A stretch of 54,852 nucleotides of DNA from Prevotellaceae bacterium (GTDB lineage Bacteria > Bacteroidota > Bacteroidia > Bacteroidales > UBA932): the NCBI GenBank assembly GCA_031255195.1, contig JAIRSZ010000002.1, positions 1 through 54,852 on the forward strand, written 5' to 3'. This document shows positions 1 to 8,362 of this stretch, in pieces. The translations under genes were made by a program, and so were the position numbers. Position 1 is the first letter of the stretch. Each line of letters opens with the position of its first letter. The notes under the pieces were generated by a model. It was not told the DNA's origin. It made no database searches and was given only the letters and a program-made list of their open reading frames with translations.

Positions 1-219
1 AACGACTTGTGGACGTGGATGGATAAAAATTTTACTGTAGACATGGCCGCATCATACGCTTTCAACAGAAATATCCGTTTATTTATTGAAGCACAAAACT
101 TGACCAACGAACCTGTACGGATGTACCTTGGCGACAAATCCCGCACCAAAGACCTTAGAACGGTCTTCGATTCGGGGGCAAGTTGGCGTTCGCTGGAATG
201 TGTTTTAGTTGACAATTAG
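1..219 (+). CDS. TonB-dependent/SusC-type outer-membrane beta-barrel, C-terminal fragment (5' end outside window)
   Basis: Frame 1 is open from the window edge. The stretch ...FIEAQNLTNEPVRMYLGD... resembles the last strands of TonB-dependent receptors. The canonical terminal ...GQVGVRWNVF* lies in the +1 frame after a G5 run (see finding). Confidence 0.5.
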   Translation, partial: NDLWTWMDKNFTVDMAASYAFNRNIRLFIEAQNLTNEPVRMYLGDKSRTKDLRTVFDSGASWRSLECVLVDN

Positions 220-248
220 CATAATCCATAAAAACAACAATTTTAATT

Positions 249-1097
249 ATGAAAACAAGAAGTAATCTATCTGCAATTTTTTTGACTAACATTTTTCTTA
301 TGCTTACATACCTGTTCGCCTCGTGCAGTAGTAGCCAGACGAGCGCATACCAGCGCGCCGAGATGCTGGTAGAAGCCCCCAACTTTCGCGACCTTGGAGG
401 CTACCCCGTGAGCGGAGGGAAGCAAACGGTTTGGAGGAAAGTATTCCGCTCGCAGTCATTTGCCGCGCTGAGCGATAGCGATGTTGAGAAGGTAAAGACG
501 CTGGGCATAAAAACCGTTATTGACTTTCGCGACGACAGCGAGGTGAAAAAAGCGCCCTCGCGCCTGCCCGCCGGCGTAAACGTAGTTCGCCTGCCCATTG
601 GCGTTGGAAACAACGAAACGGCGTTGCGGACGCTACAGGGTTCGGCATCAGGAACGCCGGACAGCGCACAGTGCGTGCGCTTTATGGAGGAGGCCAACCG
701 GAGATTTGTAGCGGAGTTTGCGCCTCAGTACAAGGCCTTTTTCGCCATTCTGCTGAAGCCCGAAAGCTACCCGCTGGTCTTTCACTGCACGGCAGGCAAA
801 GACCGCACCGGATTTGCGGCGGCTATGCTGCTTAGCGCGCTGGGCATGAGCTGGGATGCGGTAATGGATGACTACCTGCTGACCAACACCTACCTGAGAC
901 CGCAGGCTGTTATGCCTCAGACGCCTCAGCAGCGCCTGCCTGTCCTGCGGCAAATGCTGGGTGTTCAGTCTTCCTACATAGAGGCGGCAAAGGACGAAAT
1001 CGAAAAGCGCTACGGAAGCATTGACAGCTACTTGGAAAAGGCGCTGGGCGTTGGAAAGCCGGAGCGGAAAAAGCTGGCGAAGCTTCTGCTAAAGTAG
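249..1097 (+). CDS. protein-tyrosine phosphatase-like protein (CX5R family), probable lipoprotein
   Basis: HCTAGKDRTG is a CX5R P-loop. The N-terminal hydrophobic segment ends in LFASC (lipobox-like). Confidence 0.8.
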   Translation: MKTRSNLSAIFLTNIFLMLTYLFASCSSSQTSAYQRAEMLVEAPNFRDLGGYPVSGGKQTVWRKVFRSQSFAALSDSDVEKVKTLGIKTVIDFRDDSEVKKAPSRLPAGVNVVRLPIGVGNNETALRTLQGSASGTPDSAQCVRFMEEANRRFVAEFAPQYKAFFAILLKPESYPLVFHCTAGKDRTGFAAAMLLSALGMSWDAVMDDYLLTNTYLRPQAVMPQTPQQRLPVLRQMLGVQSSYIEAAKDEIEKRYGSIDSYLEKALGVGKPERKKLAKLLLK

Positions 1098-1127
1098 CTT
1101 GCGCCTCAAATCTTTTTTGCTGAATAG

Positions 1128-1166
1128 CGAAGGATTACCCGCACGGATAATCCTTCGTTTCTTTTG
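1128..1166 (+). terminator. rho-independent terminator-like hairpin downstream of the phosphatase gene
   Basis: Perfect 10-bp stem cgaaggatta/taatccttcg (1128-1137 / 1148-1157) followed by tttcttttggg. Confidence 0.55.
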
Positions 1167-1219
1167 GGCGCACCGTGCACAGGAAGCATGAACGGTGGTG
1201 GTCGGGATTGCTTGACGAG

Positions 1220-3613
1220 CTACAGCGCTTCCATTAGCGTTTTTTTGATGGCGTTACCGTCAAAGCCTGTGTTGAAGAATATTTGCTCGCCCTGCTTGTT
1301 CAAAATCAGGTAGGTCGGAATGCCTGTGATTCCGAATTTTTTCTCCAACTCGTTCATTTGGCTGTTTTTCAAGCGAAAATGTTCACCCGAAATGGAGGGT
1401 ATCATATTATGCCATACGTTTATCGGCGAGGATTCGTCCGTCAGGTAAACAAACACAACCCCTTTTTCCTTGAGCATGCCTTTGTCCGGCTCAAATTGCT
1501 TCATGGCCACACGGCATGGGCCACACCATGTTGCCCAAAAGTCAACCAAAACAACTTTACCCTCAAATGTTTTCATGATTTGGGTAAAAGTTTGCTTGCC
1601 GTCCGTTTCGGGCGTTTCGTGAATTGTGTATCCGCCCTTGCGCCTGTTCACTTCGATTTGCGCCAGCAGCTCGTTGATTTGCGCCAGCAGCTCGTTGTTT
1701 TTGGCAGTCAGGTAGTCGAGGTAAAATTGGTTATCCATCAGGGAAAGCCTCTGTAAATCGTCGGCATCCAGCGGGGTAAATTCTTCCATTTTTTGGCAGA
1801 TTAGCTGCACTTCCAGCAAATCAAATGCCACTCCGCTGTCCGTTCCTAAAAGACGCGCTAACGTGGCTGTTTTTTCTTTCACCTGCTGCTTTTTATGGGG
1901 CAACGCTAACTCTGCGGCATACTTTTCGCTAAAAGCCATTAACCGCTCTCGTGAAACTTCATTAGACGCTGTTGAGAGATTCTCCACCTCTTTTAAGATG
2001 TTATTCATCTCTTCAAAAGTCAGCACCTCTTTACTGTTTAACTCCATCATTAGCCGGAATGTTTGTTCTACTGCAGCCAGCGCGGTAACCGATGTATCCG
2101 TACATAGCGGGAGCGTGTTGTTTGCCATTTCCATCTGCTCGTGGTTCAGCTTGCCGGTATTCACTATTCCACGGATAATCAGCAGGTGTTTGAATTTCAG
2201 CCTTTCTTTGGCGGCGGGGTTATCCAGCGCCGTGCTGTCCCTCAAGAACGTCGCAGCCTCCAGCTCATCGGGCGACAGCTTGCCGGAGTTGATAAGCGCC
2301 TGGTAGGTATCTTTTGAGGTGAACGTAATGCGACTTTCGGTTTTTTTTAAATATTGGCAGGAGTTAATGATGTAGCTACAGTTGAAGTCGTACAGGAGGC
2401 GAGGGTCGTTAATAGAAGCGTCCTTCAGGAAAGAGTAGAATTCATCGTTCAAATCCGGCTCGGTAAACCCCGTTAACGGATCTTCGTGGCTCAGGTTGTG
2501 CGCCTTGCGAAAGGCCTCTCGCAGGTCGGAGTCTGCGAGCATCAAGAAATCGGCGGCAGAATACTGTATTGAACCGGTGGCAAACTCCAGCGCTTTTCGG
2601 GTCAGCCCTTTTTGCGACAGCTCGGCGGTAAGCGCGGCGACTTGACCCAGGATGTGGGCTTTGTACTGTTCGAGCGTCATCTCTGCTATAGCGGAAGATT
2701 TTTGGTTGTCGTATATTTGCTGCCGCAGCTCGGCTAAGCCGACGTCCTCCATCTGGTTGTTGATTTCGGCGTTAGCGCCGCCAAAGTAAATGTACTTGAC
2801 GGGAGGGCATTTCAGCGATGCGATTGGCGTTTCCTGGCAGCTTTTTTGCCAGAGGTCAAAGTAAATGGTCGATTCTTCTGCGGGCGACAGCAGGATGTAC
2901 TTGTTGTACCACGGAGCCGACAGGCGCAGCAGCACCTGCATGGTGACGACTAAGGGGACTTCCAGCTCGAAGCTGCCGTCACTCTGCACGTCGGTTTCGA
3001 GCATCTCCTGCACGCCGGTTACAGGGTTACTCACGTACACGTTTACTTTTGTGTTGATGGCGGGCCGGTATCCCAGCAGCGACCCCTTGAGCACAGCCTT
3101 GCCGTATTTCAGCTGCGGTGCAGGCAGCGCCTTTCCGTCGTCCTTGATGGCGGCGGCCTTTCTGACGTCTCGGGGCACAGACAGGCGTTCAAGCTGCACG
3201 TCTGGGGTTAAGGCAAGCCCGTAGATTTTGAAGCAGTGGTCGCAATCGCTCTCAATAAAATCAATTTGCCGGGTTGCAGTATCAACAGGCGGAAAAATCA
3301 GCGAAAAAACAATTTTCCCCGATTCGTCGGAGCGAATAAGCTGATTTAACGGGATGCCTTCGGAAGATTGAAGCATGTGCTTTTTGCCGTCGGCGTTGAT
3401 GTAGGTATCGGAGGAAATCCGTATCTCGGTAGCCGGATCGGCGTAAATAACCATGTCGAGAATAGTCGAAGATTCGCTCAGCACAATTCGTTCGATGGTT
3501 ACGTTGGAGTGGGTGTTGAAGGCGAAAGGAGGCTGATCAACGGTAGTTGTTCCGGCAGAAGCGGCGAGGCCGACGCCCGCCCATAGCAAAAGCGAAGCAG
3601 ATAGCTGTTTCAT
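1220..3613 (-). CDS. secreted TlpA/thioredoxin-fold protein with long N-terminal domain
   Basis: 797 aa with an N-terminal signal peptide. The C-terminal VLVDFWATWCGPCR is a thioredoxin CxxC motif. Confidence 0.75.
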   Translation of the reverse strand: MKQLSASLLLWAGVGLAASAGTTTVDQPPFAFNTHSNVTIERIVLSESSTILDMVIYADPATEIRISSDTYINADGKKHMLQSSEGIPLNQLIRSDESGKIVFSLIFPPVDTATRQIDFIESDCDHCFKIYGLALTPDVQLERLSVPRDVRKAAAIKDDGKALPAPQLKYGKAVLKGSLLGYRPAINTKVNVYVSNPVTGVQEMLETDVQSDGSFELEVPLVVTMQVLLRLSAPWYNKYILLSPAEESTIYFDLWQKSCQETPIASLKCPPVKYIYFGGANAEINNQMEDVGLAELRQQIYDNQKSSAIAEMTLEQYKAHILGQVAALTAELSQKGLTRKALEFATGSIQYSAADFLMLADSDLREAFRKAHNLSHEDPLTGFTEPDLNDEFYSFLKDASINDPRLLYDFNCSYIINSCQYLKKTESRITFTSKDTYQALINSGKLSPDELEAATFLRDSTALDNPAAKERLKFKHLLIIRGIVNTGKLNHEQMEMANNTLPLCTDTSVTALAAVEQTFRLMMELNSKEVLTFEEMNNILKEVENLSTASNEVSRERLMAFSEKYAAELALPHKKQQVKEKTATLARLLGTDSGVAFDLLEVQLICQKMEEFTPLDADDLQRLSLMDNQFYLDYLTAKNNELLAQINELLAQIEVNRRKGGYTIHETPETDGKQTFTQIMKTFEGKVVLVDFWATWCGPCRVAMKQFEPDKGMLKEKGVVFVYLTDESSPINVWHNMIPSISGEHFRLKNSQMNELEKKFGITGIPTYLILNKQGEQIFFNTGFDGNAIKKTLMEAL
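1655..1696. repeat. perfect 21-bp tandem duplication inside the thioredoxin-fold CDS
   Basis: gatttgcgccagcagctcgtt occurs twice back to back (1655-1675, 1676-1696). It is in frame and gives NELLAQI-NELLAQI. Confidence 0.9.
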
Positions 3614-3677
3614 GATTTGTTTTTGTTTTTGATTTTTTTTGATTTGGTTGTTATAATGTTTTGACAGTAATGCGAAT

Positions 3678-3685
3678 CAAAGTTA
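3678..3685 (-). promoter_or_regulatory. Bacteroidota -7 box (TAACTTTG) upstream of the thioredoxin-fold gene
   Basis: Minus-strand TAACTTTG matches TAnnTTTG, about 65 nt upstream of the start at 3613. Confidence 0.35.
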
Positions 3686-4330
3686 GACAACGCTGTTTCA
3701 GCATCCTCCCGAAGAAGAGGGTGGGTGATGTGACATTTGTGTAAATAGTTAAATATCATCAATTTCGACCTTTTATTCGTGCTATAGCACAGCGAAAAAA
3801 TACGCCTGCTCGGTTTCCTTAAGTTTTATTTAGCGGCAAATGTACGACAAATCTTTTGCAAATAGTGTAAATCAAAGGTGGAAAATTTATGCCCAACCTC
3901 ATTTACACCTGATTCTATCGGCAAAACAACTTCTTTGTCAATTGGTTGAGAGCTCCTCCGCCAGCTTCATTCAATCGCCTGCAATGGGGATTGTAAGATA
4001 AAGCTTTACACCTTGCACATAAGGTTTTTGTTGAGAAAAATAAGTGTGAATCAAAGGGCGGGGAAAAAGTTTTGTGTGTTGCCAAGGTGCGGCGAGTGGC
4101 GTTGCAGAGCAATGGCGCGTGGGGAGGAAAAGGCGGGGGGATACCTGCGTTACTTGAATCTGCGGGCTTTTCATCGTGAAACCCTTTTCTATCCGAAAGT
4201 TATCAACATAAAATGTTAAAGTCTCGTTGATATTGAGTGCATAAGCCCTCGCTGCACATTGTACATGATTGATTATGAGCGTATTGTTATTGACAGCATG
4301 GAGGCTGCCTGTAGGTGTTGAAAACTCAAC

Positions 4331-4380
4331 GCTGGAGATTTGTGGGTAAAAGTGTTGCATAATGGGAAGATATGTGTAAC
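4331..4380 (+). promoter_or_regulatory. putative MraZ operator: five 10-bp-phased TGG/TGT repeats
   Basis: Consecutive 10-mers are gcTGGAGatt / tgTGGGTaaa / agTGTTGcat / aaTGGGAaga / taTGTGTaac, located immediately upstream of mraZ. Confidence 0.45.
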
Positions 4381-4384
4381 TTTG
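4377..4384 (+). promoter_or_regulatory. Bacteroidota -7 box (TAACTTTG) upstream of mraZ
   Basis: TAACTTTG matches TAnnTTTG, 20 nt upstream of the mraZ ATG at 4405. Confidence 0.4.
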
Positions 4385-4404
4385 TACAATAAAAATCGCA
4401 GTTC

Positions 4405-4854
4405 ATGTTTATAGGAAGCCATACGTGCAAGCTCGACGATAAGGGCAGAGTCCCGTTTCCCGCAGCATTTCGCGCCACCGCCGCATCAAGCGACGGTCAG
4501 GTGCGGCTTGTTGTGCAGCGGGAGTCGTCGAAATACCTTATGGTGATGACTAAGGCAGAGGGCGACCAGGAGGTGAATTTTTACAAGGAAACGCTCGATC
4601 TGTACGACGATGAGCAGCGTCAGCTCTTTGACCACCTGCTGGAAAACATGGAGGCTACCGATTTGGACTCTGCGGGGCGCATACAGCTGCCCAAGCGATT
4701 TGTGGAGCAGGCGGGCATCGGCAAAGATGTGGTCTTTGTAGGCATGGGCAGCAAGGTGAAGCTCTGGGATAAGGCAACCTACGACAAGAGCACCATGTCC
4801 GACGACGAGGCGGCGGCGCTGCGGAGAAAGTACCTGAGAAGAAAGGAAAAGTAG
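4405..4854 (+). CDS. mraZ: transcriptional regulator MraZ
   Basis: MFIGSHTCKLDDKGRVPFPAAFR plus a second ...DSAGRIQLPKRF repeat (duplicated SpoVT/AbrB-like halves). It is the first gene of the dcw cluster. Confidence 0.9.
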   Translation: MFIGSHTCKLDDKGRVPFPAAFRATAASSDGQVRLVVQRESSKYLMVMTKAEGDQEVNFYKETLDLYDDEQRQLFDHLLENMEATDLDSAGRIQLPKRFVEQAGIGKDVVFVGMGSKVKLWDKATYDKSTMSDDEAAALRRKYLRRKEK

Positions 4855-4871
4855 CGCGTGGAGGAGGATCT

Positions 4872-5792
4872 TTGAATATGTTGAGCGCATACCATGTGCC
4901 GGTTTTGCTGAAGGAAAGCGTAGACGGGCTGGCGGTGAAGCCGGACGGCGTTTACGTTGATGTAACGTTTGGCGGCGGCGGCCACTCGCGGGAGATACTG
5001 ACCCGCCTGGGTAGCAGAGGTCGCCTGATAGCGTTTGACCAGGACGGCGACGCAGAGCAGAACGGCGCGGCGATGGACGACAGGCGGCTCACGCTGGTGA
5101 GGGGCAACTTTCGGTTTTTGCGCAGCTACCTGCGCTGCCACATGGCGGAGGAGGTTGACGGAATCATAGGCGACCTTGGGGTGTCGTGGCGTCAGCTCGA
5201 CGCTGGCGAGCGGGGTTTCTCCTTCCGGTTTGACGCGCCGCTCGACATGCGGATGAACAGGCAGGGCGGGCGCACGGCGGCAACGCTGCTCGACGTGTGC
5301 AGCGTGCAGGAGCTGAGCCGCATTTTTGCCGAATACGGCGAGCTGAACAACGCGCACAAGGCCGCCAGGCTTGTGGATGCGGCGCGGCAAAAGTCGCGCA
5401 TTGCGACAACGGGCGAGCTCGTGGAGGCGCTTCGCCCCGCGCTCCCGCCGTTTGACGAGCACAAGTATCTTGCCAGGGTCTTTCAGGCGTTGCGCATAGA
5501 GGTAAACCACGAGATGCAGGCGCTGGAGCAAATGCTGGAGCAGGCGGCAAAGGTGGTGAAAAAAGGAGGAAGGCTCTCCGTTATCACCTACCACTCGTTG
5601 GAGGACAGGATGGTGAAAAATTTTATCAGAAGCGGCAGCGCAAGCGGCAACGCCGAGAAGGATGTTTTTGGCAGCGTGCACGCCCCGTTTGAGGCCGTGA
5701 ACAAAAAGGTGGCGCTCCCCGGCGAGGAGGAGGTGCGACAAAACCCGCGGGCGCGGAGCGCAAAGCTTCGCATCGCACAAAAAGTAGCATAG
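4872..5792 (+). CDS. rsmH: 16S rRNA (cytosine1402-N4)-methyltransferase RsmH
   Basis: YHVPVLLKESVDGL and DVTFGGGGHS motifs, with conserved position after mraZ. The ATG at 4878 is a likely alternative start. Confidence 0.9.
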   Translation: MNMLSAYHVPVLLKESVDGLAVKPDGVYVDVTFGGGGHSREILTRLGSRGRLIAFDQDGDAEQNGAAMDDRRLTLVRGNFRFLRSYLRCHMAEEVDGIIGDLGVSWRQLDAGERGFSFRFDAPLDMRMNRQGGRTAATLLDVCSVQELSRIFAEYGELNNAHKAARLVDAARQKSRIATTGELVEALRPALPPFDEHKYLARVFQALRIEVNHEMQALEQMLEQAAKVVKKGGRLSVITYHSLEDRMVKNFIRSGSASGNAEKDVFGSVHAPFEAVNKKVALPGEEEVRQNPRARSAKLRIAQKVA

Positions 5793-5795
5793 CGT

Positions 5796-6167
5796 ATGTT
5801 TTTCAAGAAACCGGTGGAATTTGAGGACGTAAAAGAGCTGAAAAAAAAGACAAAGCTCAAGCTGACCGACGTGATTACGGGCAACGCCAACCTGCGCCGG
5901 ATGCTGAGCGACCACATGGGCTTTGTACTTCTTTTGGCTGCGCTTGGCTTTCTGTACATCCTCAACCACTACGCAGTGGAGAGCAAGGTGAAGCGCAAGG
6001 TGGAGCTCCAGGAAAAGGTGAGCAGCCTGAAGGACGAGGCAACCGCCGCGCGCGCGCAGCTCATAAGAATTACAAGCCAATCCAGCGTGATGCGGGAAGT
6101 TGAGCGTCGGGGGCTGAACTTGAAGGAATCGCAAACGCCGCCTGTGAGAATAGCAGGCGGCAGCTGA
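5796..6167 (+). CDS. ftsL: FtsL-like cell division protein (single TM)
   Basis: 123 aa with one TM helix (GFVLLLAALGFLYIL) followed by a coiled-coil-like segment. It occupies the ftsL slot between rsmH and ftsI. Confidence 0.65.
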   Translation: MFFKKPVEFEDVKELKKKTKLKLTDVITGNANLRRMLSDHMGFVLLLAALGFLYILNHYAVESKVKRKVELQEKVSSLKDEATAARAQLIRITSQSSVMREVERRGLNLKESQTPPVRIAGGS

Positions 6168-6214
6168 TTGTTGAACTGAAAAATTAAAACAGCGTAAAAA
6201 GTAAAGTATTTGCA

Positions 6215-8362
6215 ATGTCTGTAAAATCTACCATAATAGTTCGCTTCTTTTTCATGTACTTTTTGCTTGTCGGCTTCGCTATTGTCGTGGTGGTGCAAAT
6301 GGTGCGGATTGTTACCGGTATGGATGGCGGGCAGTATCAGAAGGACAGAATAGGGGAGAGGATACATACGGAAAAAATAATTCCGGTTAGCCGCGGCAAC
6401 ATCCTGGCGCACGACGAGAAGCTGCTCGCTACGACCATCTACAAGTACAAGATATTTATCGACCTCAACGCAAAGGGGCTTGACGACGCAACCTTTAACA
6501 AGTACGTAGACTCGGTGGCGCTGAACCTGCACAGCGTGATTGGAGAAAAAAGCGTTGAAGCCTACGCCAAAGAGCTGCGAGCCGACCGCCGGAAGGCGCT
6601 TGGCGATACTAAAAAGAAAACGTTCCGCTACCGTCCGCTGGCAGGCCGCTCCGTTAGCTACAGCGAGATGAAGGCGCTGAGCGAGACTCCGCTGCTGCGC
6701 CGCAACTCCAACAGCGGCGGGCTGATGGTGGAGACCCAAATAAGCCGCCTCCAGCCCTACGAGTCGATGGCGCGCAACACGGTAGGCCGCACCAATAGCG
6801 ATGGCAACGGGTACATAGGCATTGAGTATTTTTTCAACAAAGAGCTGGCCGGCAAGCAGGGCATGGCGAGGCTGCACAGAACGGTGGGGAAAAAGCAGTG
6901 GATACCGTTGCAGAGCAAGCCCGACGTAGAGCCGGTTGAGGGCAGCGACATTATTACAACGCTCGATGTTGATTTGCAAGAAATGGCGGAGGGCGAGGTG
7001 GTGAAAAGCCTGCTCAAAAACCCCGACTTAGAGTGGGGCACTGCCGTGATTATGGAGGTGGCTACGGGCGAGGTGCGCGCCATTGCCAACAAGAAGCGGG
7101 AGGGAAAAGATCGCATTGTAGAAAAGGAAAACTACGCGCTGTACTACAGCAAAGACCCCGGGTCAACCTTCAAGCTGGCCTCATTTATGATAATGCTGGA
7201 GAAAAACCTCAAGCTCACCGACTCGGTGGATACAAAGGACGGAAAGATAACGAGGTACGGCCATTCGTTTAGGGACGAAGGCTCAAGAGGCGGGATGCTG
7301 ACTATGCAGCAGGCGTTTGAGAAGTCGTCGAACGTGGGGACGATAGAGCTGTTGAGAAAGCTCTACGGAGACAAGGACGGCAGGCGGGATTTTGCGGAGC
7401 GCATAGAGGCGCTCAAGCTGAAGGAGGTGGTGAACTATGACATCTCGCACGGCAAAACGGGAGTTGTGCCCAACATCAAGTCGGTTGATAAATTTTCGGG
7501 GCTGACGCTCGAGATGATGAGCATTGGCTACGAGCTGGAGATAACGCCAATGCAAACGCTGGCGCTCTACAACGCCGTGGCCAATAACGGGGTGATGGTT
7601 CACCCCAAGTTCATAAAGGCGGTGCGACAGGATGGCCGGGTGGTAAAGAGGTTTTCCACGCAGGTGGTGCACGCCTCCATCTGCTCGAAAAATACGCTGA
7701 ACAACCTGCGCCTGCTGCTGGAAGGGACGGCAGAAAACGGCACGGCAAGAATGGCGCGCAGCAGCGCGTTCAAGGTAGCCGGCAAGACGGGCACCGCCTA
7801 CATTGCCGAGCCGCGCTACACCAACCAAAAGTTGTCGTCGTTTGCGGGGTACTTTCCCGCCGACAATCCGATATACAGCTGCATTGTGGCGTTCAAAACG
7901 TTCAGCACGCCCAACAACACCTACGGAGGAGCTATTGCCGCTCCGGTGTTTAAGGAAATAGCGGAGAAGGTGTACGCCCGCTCCGTTACGTGGCATCCGC
8001 CCATTACGGACAGGAGGCCGCCCCCCGAAGCGCCCTACACCAAAAGCGGCAGCTACCGCAAGCTGGAGCAGGCGCTCGCCAAACTCAACATACCCCTGAG
8101 CGCCCAGCCCAACGCAAGCGAATGGGTTACCACCGAACAGCAGGGCAACGAGGTGGTTGCCCACAATCGGGGAATGGTGAAAGATCTTGTCCCCAACGTC
8201 AAAAACATGGGGCTACAGGACGCCATTTACGTTTTGGAAAATAGCGGGTTGAGGGTGCGCTTTTCGGGGAGAGGAACGATACAGCAGCAAAGCCCGAATC
8301 CGGGAACTCCCTGCGCCGCGGGAGATGTAGTGGCGCTAACGTTGAGCTATAATGAATTTTGA
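6215..8362 (+). CDS. ftsI: penicillin-binding protein (FtsI/PBP3-type transpeptidase) with C-terminal PASTA domain
   Basis: Carries SxxK (GSTFK), SxN (KSSNVG) and KTG (AGKTGTAY) motifs. The C-terminal MGLQDAIYVLENSGLRVRFSG... is PASTA-like. Confidence 0.9.
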   Translation: MSVKSTIIVRFFFMYFLLVGFAIVVVVQMVRIVTGMDGGQYQKDRIGERIHTEKIIPVSRGNILAHDEKLLATTIYKYKIFIDLNAKGLDDATFNKYVDSVALNLHSVIGEKSVEAYAKELRADRRKALGDTKKKTFRYRPLAGRSVSYSEMKALSETPLLRRNSNSGGLMVETQISRLQPYESMARNTVGRTNSDGNGYIGIEYFFNKELAGKQGMARLHRTVGKKQWIPLQSKPDVEPVEGSDIITTLDVDLQEMAEGEVVKSLLKNPDLEWGTAVIMEVATGEVRAIANKKREGKDRIVEKENYALYYSKDPGSTFKLASFMIMLEKNLKLTDSVDTKDGKITRYGHSFRDEGSRGGMLTMQQAFEKSSNVGTIELLRKLYGDKDGRRDFAERIEALKLKEVVNYDISHGKTGVVPNIKSVDKFSGLTLEMMSIGYELEITPMQTLALYNAVANNGVMVHPKFIKAVRQDGRVVKRFSTQVVHASICSKNTLNNLRLLLEGTAENGTARMARSSAFKVAGKTGTAYIAEPRYTNQKLSSFAGYFPADNPIYSCIVAFKTFSTPNNTYGGAIAAPVFKEIAEKVYARSVTWHPPITDRRPPPEAPYTKSGSYRKLEQALAKLNIPLSAQPNASEWVTTEQQGNEVVAHNRGMVKDLVPNVKNMGLQDAIYVLENSGLRVRFSGRGTIQQQSPNPGTPCAAGDVVALTLSYNEF

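Noticed and set aside
3915-4360. Three overlapping ORFs of 65-129 aa in the long mraZ upstream region.
   Set aside because: They have no recognisable motifs, mutually overlap on both strands, and have an odd composition. I treat the region as non-coding, possibly regulatory or sRNA-encoding.
4779-6215. 478-aa minus-strand ORF antisense to rsmH/ftsL, plus similar long antisense ORFs (5969-6979, 7283-8164, 8776-9783, 10364-11062, 12606-13472).
   Set aside because: They lie entirely opposite strongly supported dcw genes and have Arg/Ala/His/Leu-rich, motif-free sequences. They are typical shadow ORFs of GC-rich coding DNA.
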